From Macrostomum lignano (taxonomy: Eukaryota), in NCBI GenBank assembly GCA_002269645.1, contig NIVC01001510.1:1-64000 (forward strand): a DNA stretch of 64,000 nt. The letters are read 5' to 3'. Of the stretch, positions 34,101-46,100 are shown one piece after another. Numbering within the stretch: the stretch's first letter is position 1; every line of letters starts with the position of its first letter. Both the position numbers and the translations under genes were made by a program. The notes under the pieces are model-generated. The model saw only the letters and a list, made by a program, of their open reading frames with translations, had not been told where the DNA came from and made no database searches.

Positions 34101-37100
34101 TACTGGAACAATTTGTATCCTTGAGCAAGACACTTAACTCTGCATTGCTTCAGTTCACCCAGCTGTAAAATGAGTGCCAGCATTAGCTGGGGTAATTGAG
34201 GGTGCGTGTGGCGACCCCCCCGTCCTTGGACTGAACAGCCGTACGCAGCATTCAGATGCGCCGCGCAATAGCTGCGGCTGAGCTGTCGGTTGCTCATCTG
34301 CCCACTAGCAGTTTTAGCATATTATAATCCATAAGGAGGACCTATTCAACATTTTCTACACAGGAGACTGACTCATGGCCCAGCAAGCATTTGGTGAGAT
34401 GCATACACGAGACTACATACGCTGCATGCGTCCCCTGCAACCCCAATCGACATACCGGTATAGGAGCCAAACACGATGACGGTAAACATCCACCAGAAGG
34501 CCATAACAGTTCTCGGGCTCATCGCGAACGGATAGAAGTCCTGGCCCTGCTGCAGGAAGCTGCCAACAGCCGACCAGATGTACTCCTGCAGCCAGATCTC
34601 ATCGGCGATGGCATACTCCAGCTGCAGGGTGTAGGCGGTGAAGGGGCTATAGTAAGCCAGCACGAAGGTGATGAAGGCCACAGCGAAAAGCGTCACTCCC
34701 AGCATGGCCCACAGGTCGATGGTGAACGGAGCGAAGATGTTCCACATGCGCGAGGCGGGCGGCGGCCGTTTGGCCAGGATGGTGAGGCCCGATGACGTAA
34801 TGGGGACTGAGAAGTCCATGGCTGGGATGCGCAGAGTTGTGATTGCGTAAACCAGCGATATGTCCGCGTTCTGGAAGCGGGTTGCGGTGGGGATGCGGCA
34901 GTTAGAGCTGGCAAGTGACAGGGTGCAGTGCGCGTCCTGGGATCACATTGAAGCATATGATTAACAGGTGTCAGTACTGTTTCTCACCCCTTTCTGCAGC
35001 TCCCCAACGCAGCCAGTGAACAGGGTGGAGTTGGGAACCGGGCCACCAAACTGCAGGTCGGGCGCCTGCTTGAATATCGATCTGAAGCGCAAATCGATTG
35101 AGAAGTAGCTGAGATTGTAGGCTACCGGATGCTCGACTTTCATCAGCTTACCGAAAGTTTAAATTGCGCATCAGGAAAGTGAACACGTCTACAATCTCGC
35201 CAGTCACATTGCCGCTCATGTCGGGGTTCACATTGGTATATGCGGTGAACGGTGGCACCTGCCGTAGGGTGTGTTAATGCGCATTTTGCATGCCTCTGAC
35301 TACATCACCTCATCCCGCATCAAGGAATCCGACAGTGGACCATCATACATCAGGAATCAGACAGAGGACCATCATACATCAGACATCAGGGAATTCCCTG
35401 ATATCAGGGAATCAGACAGTGGACCATCATACATCAGGGAATCAGACAGTGGACCATCATACATCAGGGAATCAGACAGTGGACCATCATACATCAGGGA
35501 ATCAGACAGTGGACCATCATACATCAGGGAATCAGACAGTGGACCATCATACATCAGGGAATCAGACAGTGGACCATCATACATCAGGGAATCAGACAGT
35601 GGACCATCATACATCAGGGAATCAGACAGTGACCATCATACATCAGGGAATCAGACAGTGGACCATCATACATCAGGGAATCAGACAGTGGACCATCATA
35701 CATCAGGGAATCAGACAGTGGACCATCATACATCAGGGAAACAGACAGTGGACCATCATACATCAGGGAATCAGACAGTGGACCATCATACACCAGGGAA
35801 TCAGACAGTGACGATCATACATTATCAGGGAATCAGACAGTGACCATCATACATCAGGGAATCAGACAGTGACCATCATACATCAGGGAATCAGACAGTG
35901 GACCATCATACACCAGGGAATCAGACAGTGACGATCATACATTATCAGGGAATCAGACAGTGGACCATCATACATCAGGGAATCAGACAGTGGACCATCA
36001 TACATCAGGGAATCAAACATATTTTCGCGCACAAGCCAGGAACGAAAGTGGTGGCGCGCGAAATTAAAACCAGTGATTGTGGCACGAGACTGCAGTACTC
36101 CAGCAGTCTAAACTTACTGAAGGTGCACAAACGGTCAGAGTCCGATTCTTGAAGTCCACAAAGGCGTTGGAGAAGACGAGACTCCGGCCGGACACTGTCC
36201 GAAGCACTCGCAGGCTGGCGTTGGCCGGGTAGAACCGGGCGCTCTCTACAAAGTCGACTGGCTGATCGGCCAGCTCGTTGAAGGTGGCCGCGAACTCAAC
36301 GTAGGGAGCCTCGAGACGGTTCGAGCTTGCGTTGTAGCTGATCACCGAGCGGAAGGTGTCCAGGCCTCGCAGCTGCGGATGAAGCATTTCATCTATTTCT
36401 TGATTTTTTTCAACAATGAAGTACCTTCGTTTAATATGGGAGCTTCTTTCTCTGCACGCGAGTCCGAAAGAGAGATTCAAAAGGCCTGGACCGACTGAAA
36501 GAAGACGTGTGGAATAGAAAGACTGATCGAAGCCATTGTACAAAAACGGGTCTTTTTGACCTCTACAAAGGGAAGTTTTTTTACAATTATGTAGCAAGTA
36601 TTTAAGTTCCAGGTACAAACGATACGAACAAATATGTATGCTAAACTTCCATTGAATTACCGAACTGATGAAGCCGGACACGGAGTTGCCACCGATCCAC
36701 GGCTGCAAGGGCAGGCAGGTAGCGTTGCTAGCTGGATGCGAGTCGCCTGTGCTGTTGGCGAAGTCGTTGAATGCTTTGCCAAGAGCAGTCAAGGCGTCCG
36801 TAAACCGGTACTCTAGGCTCTGGGGTAATGAGGACAATGCGAGGAAGCTTCGGCATCACGTCATCGTCAGCATGCGTAATTTACAAACATGAAATGTCAT
36901 CCTCTCGTAGCAATAGACAGCCGTTCCGAGGCCATAGACAATCGCTCACAACATGCCAGGAGTTCCGAGGCCATAGACAATCGCTCACAACATGCCAGGA
37001 GTTCCGAGGCCATAGACAATCGCTCACAACATGCCAAGAGTTCTGAGGCCATAGACAATCTCTCAAAACATGCCAGGAGTTCTGAGGCCATAGACAATCT

Positions 37101-40100
37101 CTCAAAACATGCCAAGAGTTCCGAGGCCATAGACAATCTCTCAAAACATGCCAGGAGTTCTGAGGCCATAGACAATCTCTCAAAACATGCCAAGAGTTCC
37201 GAGGCCATAGACAATCTCTCAAAACATGCCAGGAGTTCTGAGGCCATAGACAATCTCTCAAAACATGCCAGGAGTTCTGAGGCCATAGACAATCTCTCAA
37301 AACATGCCAGGAGTTCTGAGGCCATAGACAATCTCTCAAAACATGCCAGGAGTTTTGAGGCCATAGACAATCTCTCAAAACATGCCAGGAGTTCTGAGGC
37401 CATAGACAATCTCTCAAAACATGCCAGGAGTTCTGAGGCCATAGACAATCTCTCAAAACATGCCAGGAGTTCTGAGGCCATAGACAATCTCTCAAAACAT
37501 GCCAGGAGTTCTGAGGCCATAGACAATCTCTCAAAACATGCCAGGAGTTTTGAGGCCATAGACTATCTCTCAAAACATGCCAGGAGTTTTGAGGCCATAG
37601 ACAATCTCTCAAAACATGCCAGGAGTTTTGAGGCCATAGACAATCTCTCAAAACATGCCAGGAGTTTTGAGGCCATAGACAATCTCTCAAAACATGCCAG
37701 GAGTTCTGAGGCCATAGACAATCTCTCAAAACATGCCAGGAGTTTTGAGGCCATAGACAATCTCTCAAAACATGCCAGGAGTTTTGAGGCCATAGACAAT
37801 CTCTCAAAACATGCCAGGAGTTTTGAGGCCATAGACAATCTCTCAAAACATGCCAGGAGTTTTGAGGCCATAGACAATCTCTCAAAACATGCCAGGAGTT
37901 TTGAGGCCATAGACAATCTCTCAAAACATGCCAGGAGTTCTGAGGCCATATACAATCTCTCAAAACATGCCAGGAGTTTTGAGGCCATAGACAATCGCTC
38001 AAAGCACGCCATTTAAATCTCTATTTATTTGGCAACTCCCCCCAGATTATAAATGAAACGCATCTATAAAACGAACTGAGCCAACTCACCGTCACGTGAC
38101 TCTTGTCACACTCAGGAAATATGTCTTGCACAGCCGAAATACAGCGATCAGTCATGCCTAGCAACCCGTAGGTGGGGTCCCTGACAACCAGCAGATTGGA
38201 GGAAGCACCGGCTGGGGCGATGGGTTTCAGGCTGAAGAGACTCAAGCCGAAGCTCAAGAGTAGCCAGTGATAGTTCTGCTGCAGCAGCGTCGCGTTTCGC
38301 GCCTGCGTAACACAAGGGCTAGTAATGGCTATCAAGAATTTCGGCGTAATCTTAGTGCTTTTTCATTTTTATCCACTCTGATCCCATTTGCATCATCCAA
38401 CTGAACCATGATCCCATATTCTCGACTCTGATTCCATACTATAATGTTAATAATACAATCCTTATTTTTTAACCCCCATCATTCAAGTACTCAGCCATTG
38501 ATAATGAAGTACACGCTGTTTGCTTCCCGTATTAGGCCCTTGCGGATTACCTTAAACCTCGAGCCTCTTCAGTGGGAAGTCCTTTCAGCGCGCAGTAGCG
38601 TAGGTAGTGCTGCCACCAGTTCCTTCAGGTCTCGGCCTTCGATGAGGTGAGCTTCCCGTCGGAACGAAATAAACAAGTCAACGAACTCAGCACAGCGTGC
38701 AGATTTGCAGATTAATGAACAAGGCGTCCTGATCAGCAGATCCCCGCCGGGCTCAGGGGTGACTGGGAAGGCAGTGTTAGCCTCCCTTAGGCTTGGGCTT
38801 TAGTGGGGTCTCAGTCAGACCAGTACAAACGGATTCAGTACGCAAAGGGCACTTAGTTAGACACTGACGCACACGGGTTCTTAGTGAATTCTCCGCAGAT
38901 AAGAAGCCAATCATTGACGGAAACAAGGGGAGAGGGGTCCTATTTATAGCCGGGAAACACCCACGCACAAGACCTCGTGACTTGTTCTATTTTTAGAACT
39001 GACGTCACTTGAGGTCTCGGGGCAGGGTCTCAGTGCGCGCAAGACCTCGTGACTCGTTCTATTTTTAGAACTGACGTCACTTAAGGTCTCCGGCCAGAGT
39101 ACACGCGGCTGTGACTCAGTTGCTATTTTTAGCAACATGAGTCACTCCTCTCCTTAGAGAAGGGAGGGGTCCGAAAGCACGTGATTCTCCCGGTAAACAG
39201 GGCCAACGAGTGCAGTAAACATGTTTACTGCACTTTAGGACTCGAAGAACGCAGAGTCTGTCATGTGACTTGCTCACATGACAGAGGAAAACGGGACGGG
39301 AACGAAACAGAGACAGCCCACAGCAGAGAAGCTGAGGGCTGAGAACAGAGACGCAGAAGGGCAGAACAGGCCAAGGGCAGCAACAGACGGGCCAAGGGGG
39401 CGGGAAGCTGACCAGCGGCAGACAGCAACCCAGGGCGAGGGCGAGGGAGACTGCTGACAAAGTGGGACGCCTAACACCAACTAGCGGATCACTACACTCT
39501 CCCCGTTCAAATGAAGAGGCGGAGTGAGAGCGAAGCGCGCTTTATTTAATAAACGAAATAGTGATTTTACTAAATAAAATTATTACAAATGCCTGGCAAA
39601 AGGATGGCAGTGTCACAAGGCATGCAAATTATTACACGGCTGGGCCAAGGTCAGGATTGTGACCCAAAATGGCGAAGCACCAATAGCACCGGTGGGTTGC
39701 CCACGCCAAGGCAGAGCCCTAGAAAATCATAAAATCGGAGGGGCTGGCAAGTCCCTCGGGCGTACGCAGAATCAGGACCTCAGTCCAACAGCGGTTTGGG
39801 GGCGCCGGCCCGGAAAATGGGCGCCTAAATATACGGGATACCATAGACAGCCGGCAGAGCCCGTCACTGTGGAGAAGGGGGATGCAGAACTGCATCAGAG
39901 CAACAGCTCACGGGAAGATAAAAGAGTACGCATTGCGGGGGCGCTGGCCCGCTATTGAGGCGCCACATAAAGTAGAGCAGGGAAAAATCAGAGGGTGCCT
40001 GTCAGCACCAAGTCCACAGAGTCAGAGTTAATCGCTGCGTTGGGTTGATCGGTGCACGCAGATGCGGGCAGTGCGACTAACATACGTCTTGGCCCTAGGA

Positions 40101-43100
40101 TTAATAATTAGCCTCTCAGGCTGCCTACGATTCCTAGCCGGCCTACCGACATCTACAGACCCTAATGACGCTTCCACCGGAGTGGTGCATAACGACGGCC
40201 CAGGGGTCTGGACCACAGAAAAAGCAGCACTGGGAGCGGGAGCAGAAACGGGCGGAAAAGAAACAGCAGGCATAGACGCATCAAGAACAGGCTTATGCAG
40301 ATGACATTCACCATACGGCACTGGCTCACGCCGAAGTGCACTTGCCTGGTTCGCTGGTGTCGTGACCGGTCCACCTCCTGGCTGCACCTCCGGGATCGCC
40401 AAAGGCCGGAAGTGCCATCGGAAGGCCGGCCTTGCGTCGTAGCCGTCATCATCGTCATCGTCGGGGTCGTCCTGGTCGTCCTCGGGATTGGCGTCAGGGT
40501 CGCGGGTCCTGCGCCGTCGGGGACGTCGGGCGGCCGCCGGCGTTTCTTCGGTTTGTCGACTTCAGGGTCCGAAGTTCTCGTGTAGTCAGCGTCAGGCACG
40601 AGCAGAAGGTTCCGGCGATGGACGACTAGTTCGTCTCGTCTGGCTCTCGGGTTGGGCAGTCTCCGTCGAATCTTGTAGACGACCTCGCCCTTGGGCTCGA
40701 CGACTTCGTATAGGGCTTTGCGAGGTCGATGAAACTTCGCCGCCTCATCCGGTTCGAGTACCGGGTTGTTGAGGAAGACCAGATCACCGGGTTGAAGCTT
40801 CTTGGCGGCGGGCAGGTTCGAATAGTGCTCGTCTCGCAGTTGCTGGTGCAGATGCAGGCGCTCCTTGGCTAGCTCAGTCGCCTCGTCCAGGCGACGTTGG
40901 AAGTCCTTGACGTAGTCGGGCAGGTCGGCGTACTCGGGCAGCTTCTTCAGCGCGTTGTCGATCGGGAGTCGGAAATCACGGCCGAACACCAGGTAGTGAG
41001 GCGTGAAGCCGGTCACCGGGTGCACGCTGGAGCGGAGAGCCATCAGACAGGCCGGGAGGAAGGTGTCCCAGTCGTTGTGGTTGCGCTCGAGCAGACAGGT
41101 GAGGACACTCTTCAGCTGTTTGTTGAGGTTCTCGACTTGTCCGTTGGAAGCTGGATTGTACGGTGTTGTTGTCGTATGCCGAATGCCAAACAGGTCGCAG
41201 AACTTCTTGAAGGCCGAGCCGGTGAAGTTGGTGCCTTGGTCGGTGTGGATCCAGCATGGTACACCGAACTCAGGGATGAAGCGCTCCTGCAGAAGCTTGA
41301 TGACTGTTTTGGCTTTCTGGTTTCTCATCGGGTAGGCGAATGGATACTTCGACGTCGCATCGCACAAGGTCAGGATGTAGCGGTTGCCGCTCTTGCTCTT
41401 CTGCGCGATTGGTCCTACTACATCACAGTGGATTCTACCCAGAACTTCGCAGACTGGGAAGCTCTGGACCGGAACTCTCTCTCGCCGTCGCGATTTACTT
41501 TCAAGGCAGGTGCGGCACTTACTGATGAAGGTCTTGGTAGCACGGGCTAATCCGGGTCTCCAGAACCGTTCTCGTAGCCGCAGTAACGTCTTCGTCTCGC
41601 CAAGGTGTCCACACAGTGGCGAACTGTGGAGCTCCTGGAGCACCTGGGCGTCAAGGGCCTCAGGCAGAACAACCTTTGGCGGCTGCTGGCCATCGGACAG
41701 GTCAATCAGCAGCAGGCCGTTGTCCTCCTGCAGGTTTTCGTAGTATCCGAGCAGGTTCCGCTGCTCCTTCGTCAGGCGCAACCGGGCGTCGAACTCAGGC
41801 TTCGGGGCTTCGTCCTTGACCAGGTTGAGCACGTAGCTGATGGCTCGGTCAGCGCGCTGGGCTTCAACGAACTGTTGGCGAGTCATCGGCAGCTTCAGAA
41901 AATCAGTGAGCACAGCGCGGCATGGCTGAGGGGTCCGGATTCCCGCAGTCTCCGCTTTAATGGCTCCAGGTCGATCACACGGCACCGTCTTGTCGGCGTC
42001 AGGATTAGGTCGCTCCGAGGGACTTTGTCTCACGACGTCGGCGTACGTCCGTTGATCTCGAATCGAAGTTCTCTTCATCGCTCTCATGACAGAAGATTCC
42101 GCAGATGGAGCAGCGCGCATGCCTCCACTGCATAGCACAGGCGACTCTTGGCTGTAGGGCGGGACGCAACACGTGAAGCACGCCTCGTCGCAGGCAGCCG
42201 TAGCCGTCGGCTCAGTCGTCGTCAAAATTGGGTGAGTCTTCTCCAGCACTGGGCGGTGTCGCAAAGGGGGACTCGACTTTCCGCACAGGCGATGAGCAGC
42301 TGTCTGTCGGCCCGGGGGACAGAGCTTCGACCTTGCAGCTGGCGCGAGATTCTGGCCCCTGTCAACATGGCGAGAGATCTCAGCGAAAGGCTCAGGAGGG
42401 TTGTACTTAAGTTGCTGTCCTGGAGTTGCGTTGCGGGCCGTCATCAGAAGGGCTGCCGGCGCGGTGGCCTTTGAATCTTGGTCCGTGGGCGTCTCCAGAT
42501 TCCGAGACCTGAGGTCTTGGGCGTCGTCAAGGAGGTCTGTGTTCACAGTGGCCTCAAGGTCTTCGTCCAGGTTGGTCTCCAAGTTGCGGTAGGCGGCATG
42601 GGCATCGCGGCAGAGGGCTGTTGTCGCAGTGGCCTCTGAGTTGTCGTCCAGGCCGGTCTCCAGGCGTTGACTGCAGCGGTGGGCGTCGTGCTGGAAGGCT
42701 GCTGGCGCAGTGGCTTCCAGGTCTTCGTCCAGGTCAGTCTTGGCCTCCAAGCAGCGAGAGTGGACTGTCTTCTGGAGGCTGCTCTGGCAGTGGCCTCGGG
42801 TGTCGGGTCCAAATCCGGTTCCAGGTCGTGGTCGTCACCGGGTCGGGCGGTAGAACCAGGTTGCTCTAGCAGTCGGCCATGCTCGAAGAAGATCGGCGGG
42901 CCCTCCGGTCTTCTTGACAGGGCATCAGCGTTGGCGTGGTCCTTGCCTTTGCGGTGGTTGAGCTGGAAGCGGAACTCGCTTAGGCGCTCGATCCAGCGGC
43001 CTAAAATACCTGTGGCCTGAGTTTGGTTCAGTAACCACAGTAAGGCCCGATGATCGGATCGAACTTCAAACTTCTTGCCGATTAAGTAATGACGGAAATG

Positions 43101-46100
43101 TCGCATAGCGTCCACAATTGCAAGCAGCTCTTTCTTCGTGACCGTGTAGCGCTTCTCAGGATCGCGAAGTTTACGGCTAAAGAATGCAATTGGACGTTCG
43201 ACGCCGTCGGATTGCAGTTGTCCAAGACAAGCGCCTATTCGAATATCAGAGGCATCCGTGTCGAGGACAAACTTCACAGCAGGATCAGAATTAAATTCAG
43301 GCAGAGCGAGAACTTCAGTAGAACACAATTTCTTCTTCAAAGTGTCGAACGCTACCTGATGCTCGGGAGTCCAATGCTGCCGCAGGCTGCCAATGTCCTT
43401 TCGCGTCAGGGCATGCAGCGGCGCAGCCACTCCAGCGTAGCCGTCGACAAACTTGTGGTAGTAATTGGCGAGGCCTAGGAATTGTCTCAGTTGAGTAACG
43501 GACTGTGGCACGGGCCAATCACGGATCTGCGCAATCTTGTCCTCACAGGTCTTCAGGCCGTCGGGAGTCACGACGTGACCTAAATAATGCAGCTCCTTGA
43601 GGAACAAATGACACTTCTTCGGTTTCACTTTGAGGTTGGCTGCGATGATGCGCTGAAGTACAGTTCGCAAGTTATCCAGCTGTTCCTCGAAAGTCACTGA
43701 GTGCACCACGATGTCGTCCATGTAGCCAAGCGCAGTCTTTGGCGTCAGGCCGTCCAGGAGCTTATTGATGCAACGCTGAAAGCTGCCAGGACTGTCGTGG
43801 AGACCCATCGGTAGAACGTTGAAACAGAATTGGCCGCGGTCGATTACTGAGAATGCCGTCAAGTGCTGGTCGCAGTCGCGCAGCGGGATCTGCCAGAATC
43901 CTTGAGCAAGGTCCAAGCTAGAATACCACTGAGCACCACGAAGCTTCGCGAAGGTTTCCTGGATGTGCGGGAGCGGATACGGGTGATACACACACCTGTC
44001 GTTGAGAGCTCTGAAGTCGTGGACTAGTCGGATGTTGCCGTCCTTCTTGGGCACGATGAGCATTGGCGAATTGTAGCTCGAGTAGGCAGGGCGAATGATG
44101 TGCTTCGCCAGCATCTCGTCTAGCAGGGCGTCGAGTTTGTCCTTCAGATGAGGCGGGATTCGGCGCGGTGGTAGCGCGACTGGTGTCCGGTCCTTCAAGA
44201 TGATCTCGTGGGTCACCAGGTGAGTCAGGCCGGCGTCTAGCGAGTGCTTGGAGAAGGCCGCTTGACATTCGACTAGTAGATCTCGCACTCTTTGATGTTG
44301 TTCTTTGGACAATTCGCTGTTGATCTCGACTTCATCTAGCCATGCTGTGCTGGACTCTTCAGAGTTCTTCGGGAGGTGTCGCACTTCAGGTTCGGGCGTC
44401 TCGCTCAAGTACATCAGGTCGGCAGTTCGGAGTGGCGTCGCAACACCAACACGGATACCGGCTTGCAGGAACACCTCGCTGTCGGCGGTGTTGACGACCT
44501 CAATGTAGCCGCGACCTTCAGGCATCGTCATCAGAGCAGGCGCTGCTTCCAGAGCGTTGCAGCTGGGATGCAGCCTCGACTTAACCAGCTCGACAATTGA
44601 TGGCGATCCTCGATTCTCAGGGTGGCCGTCATCCAGTCTGACGGCAAGCAGCGCTGAACTTCTAGGCGGCAGGGTGCACTTCTCAGAGGTGTACACTCGG
44701 CAGTTCTGAAGCTCACGCCGCGAATAACGAACAGGGATGCACGTGCCATTGTTGAACGTTAGCATTCCTTGAGCGAAGTCCAAGTTCTGGCAGTGCTCTC
44801 GCATAAACGATACGCCAAGCAAATTTTCACAATCGGAGACCGTAACGAGGAATTCGGTGTCCGCGACGACATCACCGAACTCCACCGGGATGGTCACCTT
44901 ACAAGCAAGCGGGAGCTGCGTCCCATCATACATAGTTACGCAATCGGGAATAGCATGCGATATAATACAACGAGGCATCCGGCGTCTAATAGCGGCCCAG
45001 GTTGACGAACCGAGGAAGTTTTTCCGGCTGCCGCTGTCTAGCAAGAAAGGGACCTCTCGACTCGCCACTCGACCTGTGACGTACGGATCGGCCTCACGCG
45101 CATGGATTTTTTGATTCGGGGAGGTGTCCACGAAACCTCCGCACTCAGCGTCGCTTACTGACGAGCGACTGTCGGACTGGGCATTGGCGCCTGCGCAGCC
45201 GACATCCTCTTCTTCTCGCGACCGTTCTGAATCTGCCAAGTAGCCTGGGCTTGGACCTCGCGGAGGGCGGTGCCGTTGTCGCTCTCCGCCTGGCCGTTTC
45301 CCTGGTTCTGGCGCATCGGGCACTGGGTGTTGCGATGACCGGGCTGTCCGCAGCTATAGCAGATTATAGCTCTCTTTGGCGGGCTGGCTACCTGCTGTTG
45401 GTCACGCTGCACCAGGTGATCCAGCATTCGCTGCTGCTTCTCAATCAAGTCGGTTAGAGTCAGCAAGGCTTGGGCGGTGACGTCGGGTTTCGGGTCGCCG
45501 TCCTCCTCCCCGTCCAACATCCTAACCGGGGGTTGAGCGGTTCGCTGCGCCAATTCTTTGGCGCCTTCTAATCGTCGTAGTTCTCGAATCGCAGCAAGAA
45601 GATTATTTGGGCGGACCCAGTACAGCCGTTCACGCAGATCTGGAGTCGTCCGGATACCAGCAAGAAATTGATCAGCAATCTCCTTCTCGCGGTCTTCAGG
45701 GTGCATTCGAGGATACGCACGTTCACCAAGAGTTCTCAGGGCGTCAGCGAACTCTTCTGCTGACTCATTCTTGCCTTGTTGACGACGCCTCAACAGTTCT
45801 CGATACTCATCAGCACCACCATGACGGGCAAATCGCTCAATCAGACGCTGCTTGACCTCCTCGTAGCTGGCGAAACGCGGAAGATTCATACTAAGCAAAG
45901 AAGGATATGCAGTAGCCAAATCAAGACTCGCGATGAGGTGTTGCTTCATCTCGAACGGGTCGACTATGCGCTCCATCTCGCAACGCTGCTCGAACGCGGC
46001 AAGCCAGACATGAATGTCCTGACTTGGAGTAAACTTCACAATTTTAACTTGTTTACTCACGGGCCGCTCCATCTGCTGCTGCAGAGCTGCCATCATGGTC

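Noticed and set aside
36881-38016. 373-375 aa ORFs on both strands
   Set aside because: A 39-bp minisatellite inside intron 5 of receptor A.
39497-40030. Possible env or extra ORF between integrase and the 3' LTR
   Set aside because: Only about 530 nt, with short ORFs lacking signal peptide or transmembrane features.
42800-42825. G GAT TTG as a second programmed frameshift site inside pol
   Set aside because: Shifting there would destroy homology of the first linker repeat; the sister repeat shows the missing base at 42776.
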